Assembly: GCA_963843555.1 (NCBI GenBank)
Contig: CAWJKV010000015.1
Coordinates: 41,353-105,352, forward strand
Reading direction: 5' to 3'
Length of the DNA stretch: 64,000 nt
From: an uncultured Methanosarcinales archaeon
GTDB lineage: Archaea; Halobacteriota; Methanosarcinia; Methanotrichales; Methanotrichaceae
Shown here: positions 52,051 to 62,651 of the stretch, piece after piece
How positions within the stretch are numbered: position 1 is the first letter of the stretch
Layout: each line of letters begins with the position of its first letter
Program-made: the position numbers and the translations under genes
Notes under the pieces: generated by a model
The model's database searches: none
Told to the model about the DNA's origin: nothing
The model's input: the letters and a program-made list of their open reading frames with translations, nothing else

Positions 52051-52518
52051 ATGAGCGTGCACAGCGGCGGAATCCTGTTATTCAGATTCAGAGAAGATAG
52101 GCTGCAAGTGCTGCTTGTCCATCCGGGAGGCCCTTTTTGGACTGGGAAGGATGAGGGCGCCTGGTCGATGCCAAAAGGGGTATTTGAAGAGCGGGAAAGC
52201 CCACTTGATGCCGCAAAAAGGGAATTCAAAGAGGAAACGGGCTTTGAGGTTGATGGGCAGTTCATTGAGCTTGGCACTATAAGGCAGCCCAGCAAGAAGA
52301 TTGTGCATGCGTGGGCACTGCAATTTGATATTGATGACAGTTCTGTTTCCAGCAATAAATTCACTATGGAGTGGCCGAAAAGATCAGGCATAATGAGAGA
52401 ATTTCCAGAGATCGACAAGGCTGAATGGTTTGATGCATCGAGTGCTAAGAAGAAGATTCTCAAGGGGCAGGCAGATTTTATCGATAGACTCATGAAAGCA
52501 ATCGATTATGTACCATAA
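52051..52518 (+). CDS. NUDIX hydrolase
   Basis: LLVHPGGPFW, Nudix box KG...ESPLDAAKREFKEETG, FPEIDKAEWF. Confidence 0.92.
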   Translation: MSVHSGGILLFRFREDRLQVLLVHPGGPFWTGKDEGAWSMPKGVFEERESPLDAAKREFKEETGFEVDGQFIELGTIRQPSKKIVHAWALQFDIDDSSVSSNKFTMEWPKRSGIMREFPEIDKAEWFDASSAKKKILKGQADFIDRLMKAIDYVP

Positions 52519-52591
52519 AATAGAAGAATAGTGTTCCAGGCAAGCCTAAAAACGGCCGGAAACAGAAATGGCTGAAAAATAGCCGGTATTC

Positions 52592-52636
52592 GATCTAGGG
52601 ATTGCGATATAGAGTTCGCAATCCACGGCCTAGATC
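52592..52636. terminator. Nested hairpin between convergent genes
   Basis: GATCTAGG/CCTAGATC and GGATTGCGA/TCGCAATCC inverted pairs. Confidence 0.35.
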
Positions 52637-52665
52637 ATTGACCGCTAAGATCGCCTTATCGAATA

Positions 52666-53367
52666 TTAAAGCAAAGCCAGCTTTACCTTCTCCACCAGCT
52701 CTGCCCTAATGGCGCTCCTGCGGTCTCCCCCGCAGACAATGCCCCGCACGCCGATGATGTCCGGCTGCAGGCGCCGGAGGAGCTCCAGGTGCGGGAAGTC
52801 GATGCTGCCGGCCAGAGCCACTTCCAGGCCGCTGGCGTGTCCCAGATGGATGAAATCCTGCAATTCCTCTTCGCTCATGAAGTCGAAGGTCGGCTTTCCA
52901 TCCTTTATGGCCGTATCCACCATGACCAAATCTGCGCCTGCATTGGCCGCTGCCGCCGGCAAGAGCAGGGGCGAGATGGAGCCGGCTCGCTCGTAGTCTG
53001 AGTAGCCTGATGCTACCACTTTTTTCTGCGGATCGAACTCCTTGACAGCGCGCACAATACCCACCAGCATCTCTTCTGCCTGGTGGGGAGTCTTCACACC
53101 AAGAAGACCTGCTTTGATATATTCAGCGCCTGAAACGGCTGCGCCTAAAGCCGCCAGACTTGCCGTGCCTGGTTTAAATTCCAGATCTCCGATGGTGGCG
53201 CTCACGGGCACCCGACCTCTGGCCAGGTCTGCTACGGCCCGGATGGCCCAGGGAAAGTTCGCGCCCAGGGATCCTTCACGGGGATTCTTCACATCCAGGA
53301 TGTCTGCGCCGCCGGCCAGTGCCGCGCGCGCCTCTTCGATATTCATGGGGCTAACCAACAATCTCAT
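52666..53367 (-). CDS. mfnB: (5-formylfuran-3-yl)methyl phosphate synthase (methanofuran biosynthesis)
   Basis: LLVSP, DVKNPREGSLGANFPW, VSATIGD, DTAIKDG, LAGS, GVRG. Confidence 0.94.
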   Translation of the reverse strand: MRLLVSPMNIEEARAALAGGADILDVKNPREGSLGANFPWAIRAVADLARGRVPVSATIGDLEFKPGTASLAALGAAVSGAEYIKAGLLGVKTPHQAEEMLVGIVRAVKEFDPQKKVVASGYSDYERAGSISPLLLPAAAANAGADLVMVDTAIKDGKPTFDFMSEEELQDFIHLGHASGLEVALAGSIDFPHLELLRRLQPDIIGVRGIVCGGDRRSAIRAELVEKVKLALL

Positions 53368-53395
53368 ATTCACCCAATCCCGATAAGAGCAAATT

Positions 53396-54086
53396 GTGCG
53401 GTGCATCTTCGTCCTCGATATACTTAATGGTGCTGTTGTCCATGCGTTCCGAGGTGAGAGGAACCGATACGAACCCATAGCCAGTTACAGCAAGATCGTC
53501 TCCTCTTCCGAGCCGCTCGACATTCTTCACGAACTTCAGTCCCCGGGAGGTCTATGTCGCAGACCTGGATCTGCTGACTGGTCGGGGCGAAAATCTGGAG
53601 ATAATAAAAAAAATATCCAGCATGGCAAAGACCATGGCGGATACTGGCATCTCAGTGGCAAGCGATCTTGATTGCCTGCCGGCGTCCGTTTGCCCTATCC
53701 TGGGAACGGAGACCGCCTCCTTCCAGCTGATGGAAAAATTGTCCATGCAAAGGGAGATGGTAGTAAGCCTTGATATGAAGAACCGGACGGTTCTCGCCCG
53801 CGAGGCATTGCTGGCGAATCAGACGCCTTTGCAGGTTCTCCAGAGGTTAAACCATCTGCCGCTGGCAGGCGTCATACTCCTGGAGCTGAACCGGGTGGGC
53901 ACTTCTTCGGGCCTGGATAAGACATTTCTGGAGAAGGCCGTAGCCGTCTCCGAGCACCCTCTTATCCTTGGCGGCGGCGTGAAGGATGAGGAAGACCTGC
54001 GGGCTCTGGAGGAGATGGGATTTTCTGGAGCGCTGGTAGCCACAGCGGTACATAATGGGAGCATTCCTGTCAGGTGGATACAGTAA
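53396..54086 (+). CDS. HisA/HisF-like TIM-barrel protein of C1-cofactor biosynthesis clusters (frameshift near 53540)
   Basis: VLDILNGAVVHA.RGER..Y.P, YVADLD, LGTET, SLD, GGGV, LVATAVH; divergent from mfnB. Confidence 0.85.
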
Positions 54087-54160
54087 CAGAACCGTCCCAG
54101 GACCGCAGTCTTCCTTCCCCGGGATCTTCTTTCAGGATAAATTCATTCCTCTGAACCGGA

Positions 54161-54652
54161 TTAGCCCAGTTTCTTTATCGCTTCAATTACTTCGTCTATG
54201 GGTGGCAGTTGCTTCAACTCATAGATTTTAACGAAGACCACTTTTCCATTTTCATCTATAAGCACATTGGCCCTCTGGGAATGTCCCTCCGCCTCCCGGA
54301 ACAGCCCGTAGAGAGACGCAACTCCTCCATGGGGCCAGAAGTCCGCCAGTATTCGGGTATCAACTATCCCGAGGCTATTTGCCCAGGCTTTTTTGGTGTG
54401 AACTGAATCCACGCTCAAGCCCACAGCAACTGTATTCAATGCGTCGAAGTTCTTCTTGTTCGCCTCCAGGGACTTCATCTGCTCTGCACAGACAGACGTC
54501 CATGCCAGGGGGTGAAAGGATAGCAGCACTCTTTTGCCTGCCTGCTCGGAGAGCTTGAAATCCTTGCCATTCTGATCCTTCAAAGTAAAATCCCTGAACC
54601 TATCTCCGACCTTTATGGTCTCCATCTGCTTCGTATCAATCTTGGTGGGCAT
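54161..54652 (-). CDS. Peroxiredoxin (AhpC/TSA family, AhpE-like)
   Basis: FTLKDQ, FHPLAWTSVC, SVDS, ADFWPHG, RA. Confidence 0.9.
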   Translation of the reverse strand: MPTKIDTKQMETIKVGDRFRDFTLKDQNGKDFKLSEQAGKRVLLSFHPLAWTSVCAEQMKSLEANKKNFDALNTVAVGLSVDSVHTKKAWANSLGIVDTRILADFWPHGGVASLYGLFREAEGHSQRANVLIDENGKVVFVKIYELKQLPPIDEVIEAIKKLG

Positions 54653-54787
54653 CTTCAAAATCTCCAGCACAATATTGTTGTTCAAAATATATAGAGGTTA
54701 TTGGAATCCGGCCTGTGGGATTAAGTTCCCGAACACAGAGGACATGTGGAAACGCTACACAGTTTTAGAGGCTATTAGGCACTAATC

Positions 54788-56199
54788 TAGTACAGCTAGG
54801 CTAAATAAACCTATTTTTAGGCGGTAAGCGCCTTTCCTTGGTAGGTCCATTTGAATGGTTTCGCCATTGTCTGGTTGAAGTATTCATTAAAAGGCCAAAA
54901 CCTTAGATTTCAAGGTCTTAACAGAGGCAAAGTTGCCTCGTTTTAGCACCTTTCGGACAAGTATGCTAAACCATATTTCGACCTGGTTCATCCAAGAGGC
55001 ATGTTTGGTGTATAGTGGAAGACGATCCGATGAGTTGGGTCCCTCGAAATTCTTCTCGCGTTTTCATGGACTGCAAAATACCGCATTTTCCTTTGACTCC
55101 CAAGTCAATAGATAAATTTGATTCTTTCGCCACATATCGAACCATTGATTCCGATTTATGAATTTTGAGGTTGAGCGCAACGAAGTGGCATCGATTTGGA
55201 ATGATAAAGCCCCAAACGTCTGTTGGATATGTGCTGCAAGATCGTCTTAATTGCGTGTAGTGCCACACGAAACCGGTGAAATCAGGCCACTTGCTACTGA
55301 AAATCTGACGATGAACGATAAAGTTCCAAGTTCCATGTCGGGTGTATTCAAATTACCTTCTTTCCACGTTTCCAGATACCATTGGCAAATCCAGGATAAT
55401 TGCCTTCAAGAGCCTGGACACCAGTCATTTCATCCGTGCTTATTACAGTTTCTACATTTTGTTCCAGAAACTGAGCTTGTTGATATAGCCTGTTAATCCC
55501 CACAATCTTTTCATCGAATCGTTCGTCCGGTGCTAGTGTTAACCAGTAACGGATCAAGTGCGGTCGGAGGCTTTTTTTTTTGAGCAGCCGAGACTCATGT
55601 CGAGGTGATATTTTGTCTACGATACCTCGCTTCTTGATTTCGTCTGCAATCTCACGACCGGTCCATTGAGTAATTGGACGCCCCGAGCTTTCCGGTTTTT
55701 CACAGGCCAGCTCCTCGATCTGGCAAATCTCGTTAGCTTTCAAATGAGGTGGCGTTCCTGGTCTGGGCAAGTCTTCCAGACATTCCTCTACAGTCAAATC
55801 ATCCTAGAAATCGAATTCAAATCCAGCCAACGTTGCCTCCATAAACGAGCCGTATCCACAGACACGTTCAATTCTTTAACGATTTCTCGATTGTTTTTGC
55901 CGTCCGCAGCAAGCAGAATAATTTAGCCGCAAATAGCCTTTTGCTGACCTGTTTTGTACCGTCGAACAAGCAGCACAAGGCGTTGGCGCTGATAATCGGC
56001 CAGTGGATTGATGGTGGTTTTCTGACCTGGCATAATTTCCCCTTCGAAATGGATTATATATAAAGATGCCAGCGAGAACGTATTGCTAATGCATTCTAAT
56101 TCTATTGTCTATTATCTGGCAAAATGATTCGCATTTAACTTTTGCAAAGGATTATTTATCGTCTCCCATAAGTTGGTCTATTTCCGCCTAGCTGTACTA
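54788..56199 (-). mobile_element. IS630-family insertion sequence, decayed
   Basis: Perfect 15-bp inverted repeat CTAGTACAGCTAGGC (54787-54801) / GCCTAGCTGTACTAG (56186-56200) with TA inside CTAG at both ends; internal transposase remnant. Confidence 0.88.
54815..56033 (-). pseudogene. IS630 transposase pseudogene
   Basis: IILLAADG..N, WRQRW, DLPRPGTP, LACEKP..SGRPITQWT.RE.A, LRPH..RYWL, STDEMTGVQALE, WMNQVEIWFS; internal stop codons and frameshifts. Confidence 0.88.
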
Positions 56200-56464
56200 G
56201 CAATAGCTGAATATTTTATATATTGGTAATCTATTATCTATCTTTGGTTAGTAGTTGCATAATCCGATCTTGATGTGTCAGAATTTAGGTGCTGGCACGA
56301 AGGAGGATGCTGCAATGGTAATGGCACGTGGTCCTGGTTTGGTAGGAACGATGGCAAGGACGGTAGCAATTGCCGACACATCAGCCTTAGGCAAGCCAGC
56401 AGGCAAGAAAAAGCATATTCTTGGATCATAAAAGCAAGATGAATTGAGTCTAAACAAGTGTGAG

Positions 56465-57060
56465 GCACCCTTGAGGAAGCCGAACTGCGCGCAGCCGTTG
56501 GAGTCGGTCGTGTCGTTCTTGGACGAGTCCTCATCGAGGCTGACGGGGATCCCCGGAACGCCGGTCGTGCCCGTGCGGTCGACGATCTGCACGGCGGCCC
56601 CGCTCAGGTCCGCTCGCGGGGACAGGAGGCTGTCGATCGTGACCGGCTTGTTCTCGTTCGTCGGGTCGGTGACCGTCGAGCTGATCTTCAGGTAGCTGGC
56701 GAGCGTGGACGCGCTGGTGCAGCTCGTGCTGCTGGTGTTGTCGGCCGCGTAGGCGACGCTCGAGGTGACCGAGTAGGTGAGCCCGCCGACGGTGATCGTC
56801 TGCGTGTAGGGGGTCTTGATGTAGGCGTTCAGCGCGCTCGCGTCCATCGAGCGCATGCGCTCCTGGTCCTGCTGCGCGAGCGTGGCCGCCATGGTGCGGT
56901 TGCGATTGCGCCCGGACGCGCTGGATGCGCCGTCGAGCCCGGAGTAGATCGCCAGCCCGGCGAGGACCAGCACCACGGCGCTGATCATGACCTCCACGAT
57001 CAGCCAGCCGTTCTCCTCGCGCACTGGGAGCCGTGCGGCGAGCCGCGCGCGCAGGTTCAT
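56465..57060 (-). CDS. Type IV prepilin-like (PilV-like) protein, 3'-truncated at the junction
   Basis: Class III signal REENG|WLIVEVMISAVVLVL; Thr/Ser-rich body; high-GC codons end at ...FGFLKGA. Confidence 0.75.
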
Positions 57061-57464
57061 GCACGTACCTCAACGCGGACAGGCGAGTCGGTCGGGCAAG
57101 GGTTACCCATGGAACTCGTATCGGACCGGGGAGGGCCCGCCTTTAGCGCGCTAGTGCGGATCCGGACGAGCGCCGTCGGATATTCGTCCACCCGCCCGGG
57201 GCAGCGGCTTCAGCGCGGGAGCGACCGCTCAGGGGGTCTTGAGCTGCTCGACCCGACGTCGATGCGCTCCAGCCCGAGCGTTTCGCGCACGAAGCTACTC
57301 ATCTCCAGGCGCCGCTCCGTCGCGGTTCGAGCGAAGGCGAGGCCGAGGATTCGCATCGGCTCACCCTAGGCGATCGTGCTCGCCTGGCTTCTGGATGCGG
57401 GCTTCGGGCTCATGCACATGTAGGCCTCCTTGAAGCTCCGCTCCGAAGTGGCCATTCTTCACTC

Positions 57465-58710
57465 ATGCCCGTCTCGCGAGTCGCGCGCTGGCATGTCGAT
57501 TCGGGGGAGTTGGGCGCAGCCTGCCCTCGCTGGGCTCGCTGGAACGGGGCGCTCGACCGCCGCTACACGCTGGGCGTCGAGGAGGAGCTGATGCTTCTGG
57601 AGCCGGGGAGCGGCTCCCTCGCCCCGTCGTGCGACGGCATCCTCGAGCGGCTCTCGGACGAGCTGTCGCTGCACGCCTCGCCGGAGACGCACGCCTCGGT
57701 GATCGAGATGAGGACGGGCGTCCACACGGACGTCGCCGGAGTTGTCGGCGAGCTGGTCGGGCTGCGAAGCCGGCTGGGGCCCGAGCTGGGCGAGCTGCGG
57801 CTTGTCGGCGCCGCGGCGGGCACCTATCCGCATGACCGTCAGCGGGGAGACGGTGGTTTCGGCCGCCGCGCGCTACCGCCTGCTCGACGACTCGCTGCGC
57901 TCGCTCGCGCATCGGGAGCCGACGATGGCGCTGCACGTCCACGTCGGCGTGCCAGAGCCCGAGGATGCCATCCGGCTCGTCAACGGGCTCCGCGCCGCAC
58001 GTGCCGCGTGCTGATCGCGCTGTCGGCCAACTCTCCGTTCTCGCAGGGACGCGACAGCGGCTTCGACTCCATGCGCACGGTCATCTTCCAGGCCTTCCCG
58101 CGCACCGGGCTGCCGCGGTCGCTTCGCCGGCTACGCCGACTACGTGGACGCGCTCGACGCCGTGATCGGAGCCGGGGCCGTACCCGATCCGAGCTTCTTC
58201 TGGTGGGACGTGCGACCGCAGCCCAGGCTCGGAACCGTCGAGGTGCGGGTCATGGACAGCCCAGTCGACGGTCGCGGACGTGGCCCCGCTCGTCGCGCTG
58301 ATCCAGTCGCTTTCGCGATCGCACTCGAGGGTGACCCGCCGCAACCCGCTCCGAACGCCGAGGTTCTCGACGAGAACCGTTTCCTGGCCGCACGAGACGG
58401 CATGGACGCGCGGCTGATCGAGCCCGCAAGCGGGCGGCTCGTGTCGGTGCGGGCGAGTGCTCGACACGACTGATCGCCAGGTGCCGCCCGCACGCCCAGG
58501 CGTTGGGCTGCGCGAGCGAGCTCGAACAGGTCCAGCTGCTCGCCGACTCCAACGGCGCCCATCGGCAGCGCACTTTCGCGGCCGCCCACGGCGGCCTCGA
58601 CCGTCTCGTCCCCAATCTGGCCGACCTGTTTCTCACCCCGGACTGGCCCGCGTCCACGGACGCAACATCACCGCCGACACGACGAACAACACGACCGAAA
58701 GGGGCGGCTG
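57465..58710 (+). CDS. YbdK/GCS2 glutamate-cysteine ligase family protein (several frameshifts)
   Basis: YTLGVEEELML, ETHASVIE, LHVHVGV, ALSANSPF, WWDVRPQPRLGTVEVRVMD, ENRFLAARDG. Confidence 0.85.
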
Positions 58711-59600
58711 ATGTGCCGCTGGCTCGCATACTCGGGATCTCCGATCCTCATCAACGAAGCGCTCTACACGCCGGCTCACTCCCTGATCGACCAGAGCCTG
58801 CACTCGCGGATGGGCGCGGAGACGACGAACGGCGACGGCTTCGGCGTCGGGCTGGTACGGCGAGGGCCCGATCCCCGGCGTGTTCCACAGCACCGAGCCG
58901 GCCTGGAACGACCAGAACCTGCACGAGCTCGCCAACCACATCCGCTCGTCCCTCTTCTTCACGCACATACGGGCGGCGATCGGCAGCGCCGTGCAGCAGA
59001 CGAACTGCCACCCCTTCCGCCACGAGCGCTGGCTCTTCATGCACAACGGCTACATCAACGCAGTTCGCCACGATCAAGCGCGACCTCGTGCTCGCGATCG
59101 ACCCGTCCCTGTTCCCGAAGATCCAGGGCCAGACCGACACCGAGGTGCTGTTCTACCTCGCGTTGACCTTCGGCCTCGAGGACGATCCGCCGGCGGCGAT
59201 CGAGCAGGCGATCGGTCTTGTCGAGGCGGTCGGCAGCCGGCTGAAGATCCCCAATCCCTTCCAGGGCACGATCGCCACCTCCGACGGCGAGAGCACCTGG
59301 GCCGTGCGCTATTCGAGCGAGGGCAAGTCGCGCTCGCTCTTCTACACGACCGACGTGCCCACTCTGCGCGAGCTCTACCCCGAGCGCCAGCTGCTCCAGG
59401 AGCTCTCGGAAGACGACGCGGCTGATCGTGTCCGAGCCGCTCGGCGACGTCGCCCGGCGTCTGGAACGAGGTGCCCGAGGCCACCTGCGGCGTGGTCCGG
59501 CCCCACGAGGACGAGATGCACCCGTTCACCCCGCGGCCGCCGGCGAAGTCGGTTGCGGTGCCTGCGTGCACGCGGCGCTAGGCCATCAACCGCGGTCCTT
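58711..59600 (+). CDS. Class II glutamine amidotransferase (EgtC/Dug3-like; frameshifts, end approximate)
   Basis: MCRWLAYSG, NGDGFGVG, PAWND.NL, HIRAA, NCHPF, HNG, TDTE. Confidence 0.88.
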
Positions 59601-60353
59601 GAGGAACGCAAGGACCGCCTTGTTGAACGCCTCGGGGCGATCCGCACAGGACTTGTGCCCCGCGCCGTCGATCAGGGAGAGCACGGCGTGGGGCAGGCCG
59701 TCGGCCAGTCGCTGCGAGTACACCCGCGGCACCTCGATGTCCTCGGTCCCCCACAGCACGAGCGTGGGCGCGGCGATCTCCCCGAGGCGGTCGTCCACGC
59801 TCCACTCGCGAATCGCCCGCAGCGACTCGACGTAGCGCTCGACATCCATCGCGCGCCACGCCGCCTTCTGCTCCTCGAAGTCACTCGCGTGCTCGCCCAC
59901 GTAGCGCTCGGAGAACGCGAACAGGAGGTTCAGCTCGAACATCAGATCGTGGCCCCCCTGCTGGATCGACTCGATCAGCGCGAAGTTGATGAAGCGCCGG
60001 AAGTGCTCCGTGAAGACCCCGCTGAAGCTGTCCGCCAGCACGAGCCGCCCCACGCGCTCCGGGTGGTCCAGCGCGAACTGGAGCGCGATCGCGCCGCCGA
60101 GCGAGAGCCCCACGATGCTGACGCTCTCCACCTCGAGCTCGTCGAGCAGCGCGGCCAGGTCCCCGGCGCAGGCCGGGATGGAGAACTCCCCCTCGTAGTC
60201 GGACTCACCAAAGCCGCGATGGTCCATGAGGATGAGCCGGAAGTGTTCGCCAAGCACGGGAACCTGACTGCTCCAGTAACTCTCCGAGCTCCCCGTCCCG
60301 CCGTGCAGCAGCACGACGGGGGGTCCGTCTCCGATAACCGTGTGGTGGATCAC
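59586..60353 (-). CDS. Alpha/beta hydrolase
   Basis: LLHGG, DHRGFGES, GLSLGG nucleophile elbow, GTED, GAGH. Confidence 0.9.
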   Translation of the reverse strand: MIHHTVIGDGPPVVLLHGGTGSSESYWSSQVPVLGEHFRLILMDHRGFGESDYEGEFSIPACAGDLAALLDELEVESVSIVGLSLGGAIALQFALDHPERVGRLVLADSFSGVFTEHFRRFINFALIESIQQGGHDLMFELNLLFAFSERYVGEHASDFEEQKAAWRAMDVERYVESLRAIREWSVDDRLGEIAAPTLVLWGTEDIEVPRVYSQRLADGLPHAVLSLIDGAGHKSCADRPEAFNKAVLAFLKDRG

Positions 60354-61100
60354 GACGCGTCGACCGGAAGCGCGGCCACCAGCCGGATCGGCGAGCCGGT
60401 TCCCGGCACGATCTTCAGCGGGAAGCCGAAGACGGTGAAGCGCTTGCCCGAGACGGCGCCCAGCGCGCCGATGTTCTCGATATGGGTCACGCCCGCGGCA
60501 CGGCAGACCATGTGGACGGGGAAGTCGTAGCGGTCGGGGACGTCGACGCTCGGGGCCTGGTTGCCAAAGGTCTTGACGCCGTTGTCGATGAGCCACTGGG
60601 CGCTCTCGGCGACGAGGCCCGGGAACTGATCGAGGTAGTCCGGCGTCCCGCCCGTGCGCTCGAAGTGACCGGTGTGCAGCAGGACGATGTCGCCCTTACG
60701 CAGCTCGAGACCGTCCTTCTCGAGGGACTTCTCCAGTTCTTCGACGGTGATCGGCGCGCGCGGCGGAAGGCGCGCTGTAGATCGACGCAGATCGCGTCGC
60801 CGCAAAATAGGTCGAGCGCCATCTGGTCGATCGTCGGCGCGTCCGGATCCGGGTCGAAGTGGATCAGCGCATCGACGTGCGTCGAGGCGTGGTCGGACAT
60901 GATCAGGAGTCGCGCCGCGTAGGAGAACCCGGTGCCGAGGACGTCCTTCGAGTTGGCGTGACTCTCGTAGGGGTAGACCTCGACGCGCGGGTGCAGCGGG
61001 TGCATCTGGGTCTGCTGGGATACGTCCTGCGACAGGTCGAACAGTTGGAACCTGGCTGGCCGAACAGCGTGGTGGTCTCGACTCCGGTGGGCGCAGTCAT
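60350..61100 (-). CDS. Cyclase / kynurenine formamidase family protein (frameshifts)
   Basis: DHASTHVDALIHF, GDIVLLHTG, PSVD, HIEN, PLKI..GTGSPIR. Confidence 0.88.
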
Positions 61101-61184
61101 TGCGTGCTCACTCCTTCGTGCTGGTGGTGGTGAGCGGCAGACTCTCCACGAAATCGAGGCGTCGCGCCAGTCCCGGGCCGCGAG

Positions 61185-61607
61185 TCAGCTCCGCCGATCC
61201 GAGGGCCGGGTGCCCGGCTCGGTCAACTCGATGATGTCGGTGATGAACGCGTGCGCTGACCGATCTCGGCGACCTCCATTGGCTCGCCCACCGCCTGCAC
61301 GCCGCGGTCGCGCAGCTCGGCCAAGGTCCCGTCGTAGGTCCTCGACCGCGATGCATAGATGATGGAGACGCTCCGGGTCCAAGCTCGCGAGGATGTCGTC
61401 GGTCGGCGCCGCATGACGACGGGACGCACCTGCCAGGAGCTCAACCTTGACGTCGCCGCTCGTGAGGAAGGCGAACGCCGTGTCGTGGACGTCGAACACT
61501 TTTCGACGGCGAAGTTGAGCTTGCTCGTGTACCACTCGATCGTGTCCTCGAAATCGTCGGGCGTCAGGCTGATCCCGACCTGGTCGAGGTGGAAGGCCAA
61601 TCGCCAT
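61185..61607 (-). CDS. VOC/glyoxalase family protein (frameshifts)
   Basis: DQVGIS...IEWY...L, VKVELL, HLCIAVED, IIELTE. Confidence 0.75.
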   Translation of the reverse strand: MAIGLPPRPGRDQPDARRFRGHDRVVHEQAQLRRRKVFDVHDTAFAFLTSGDVKVELLAGASRRHAAPTDDILASLDPERLHHLCIAVEDLRRDLGRAARPRRAGGGRANGGRRDRSAHAFITDIIELTEPGTRPSDRRS

Positions 61608-61726
61608 GGCAGGTCCTTTCGGTGCTGAAATCGACGCTGCCATGGAATCGCCCGGGGGCGGCAGTCACAAGATGGTGAGATCCCTCCCTCGGGCTCTCCT
61701 TCCTGGGTCTTGCGCGAGATCCCCCT

Positions 61727-62536
61727 TCAGCCGGCGATCAGGGCGCGCAATCGATTCATCGCGCGCTCCGCGAGGACCCCGTTCCGACCCAGTAGAGGTA
61801 GAGCCAGTGGTCGTTGGGAGCTGGGTGCCTCGTGAAAGACGGGGTCAGCTCACCGGCGACCGGATGGTGGTAGCGCTCTCGCCCTGAGGTCGGTGCCTCG
61901 ACGTCGTGCTCGTTCCACAGGGCCAGGAACGCCTCGCTCCCGGCCGACAGCTCGGCGACGAGCGCCTGCAGCGCGCCGTCGGCGGGCCAGCGCGTGGCGG
62001 ACGCGCGCAGGACCCCGACCCCGTCTCGCGCGCAGCCGCGTCCCAGTCGAGCAGCAGCGCGCGTGCGGACCGCTCGAGGAAGAGCCAGTGGGCGTAGAAC
62101 CGCTGGCTGGATGCCCGGGTCGAGAAGTCGGTGGCATCAGCGCGCCGACAGGTTGCCGGCGCAACACGGCGGCCGGCAGCCGACGAGCGCGGGCGCATCG
62201 AGCCACTCCAGCAGCCGTCGCACGTTTCGGCCTGACGATCTCCTCTGCATGGGCGTCGCCCGCATCGACGCGCCCCCGCGAGCTAGGTAGAGGCGCGACC
62301 TCTGGGGCGGGGTGAGGCGCACGGACACGAGCGATCGCGTCGAGCACGGCGTCCGAGGGCGAGACATCTCGCCCCTGCTCGAAACGGACGTAGTGGTCGA
62401 CGCTCACCCCCGCGAGCATCGCGACCTCCTCGCGCCGCGACCGGGCACGCGGACGGGAGCCGACGACCTCCACGCCCACGTCGCCGGGCTTCACGCTGCG
62501 CTGACCCTGCACGCGCAGGAAATCCTCGATCGTCAT
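61727..62536 (-). CDS. MmyB-like XRE-family transcriptional regulator (frameshifts)
   Basis: DFLR, RREEVAMLAGVSVDHYVRFEQGR...PS..VLDAIAR, DWDAAARE, LVAEL...S..F..LW..HDV. Confidence 0.82.
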
Positions 62537-62651
62537 TCCGCGACACGTGTTCCGCAAGGTACCCAGACGCCGCTCGGCGTGCGCTTCGGAGTGACGCCGC
62601 CCGGCGGTGGGCGGGCCGCCGGGCAGACCGAGCAAACGCGAACCGAGGGAG

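Noticed and set aside
56314..56430. Short plus-strand ORF MVMARGPGLVGTMART...
   Set aside because: Only ~38 codons; it looks like the truncated start of a larger gene and is too weak to call.
56278..57060. Full-length 260-aa ORF from the track
   Set aside because: Its last ~60 residues come from the other side of the compositional junction, so the fusion is artefactual.
57200..57360. Minus-strand fragment MRILGLAFARTATERR resembling a glyoxalase N-terminus
   Set aside because: Similarity fades after ~35 codons; not enough support for a feature.
58503..60530. 675-aa plus-strand ORF and other long Arg/Pro/Ala-rich ORFs in the high-GC segment
   Set aside because: Shadow frames caused by high GC and frameshifts; they overlap better-supported genes.
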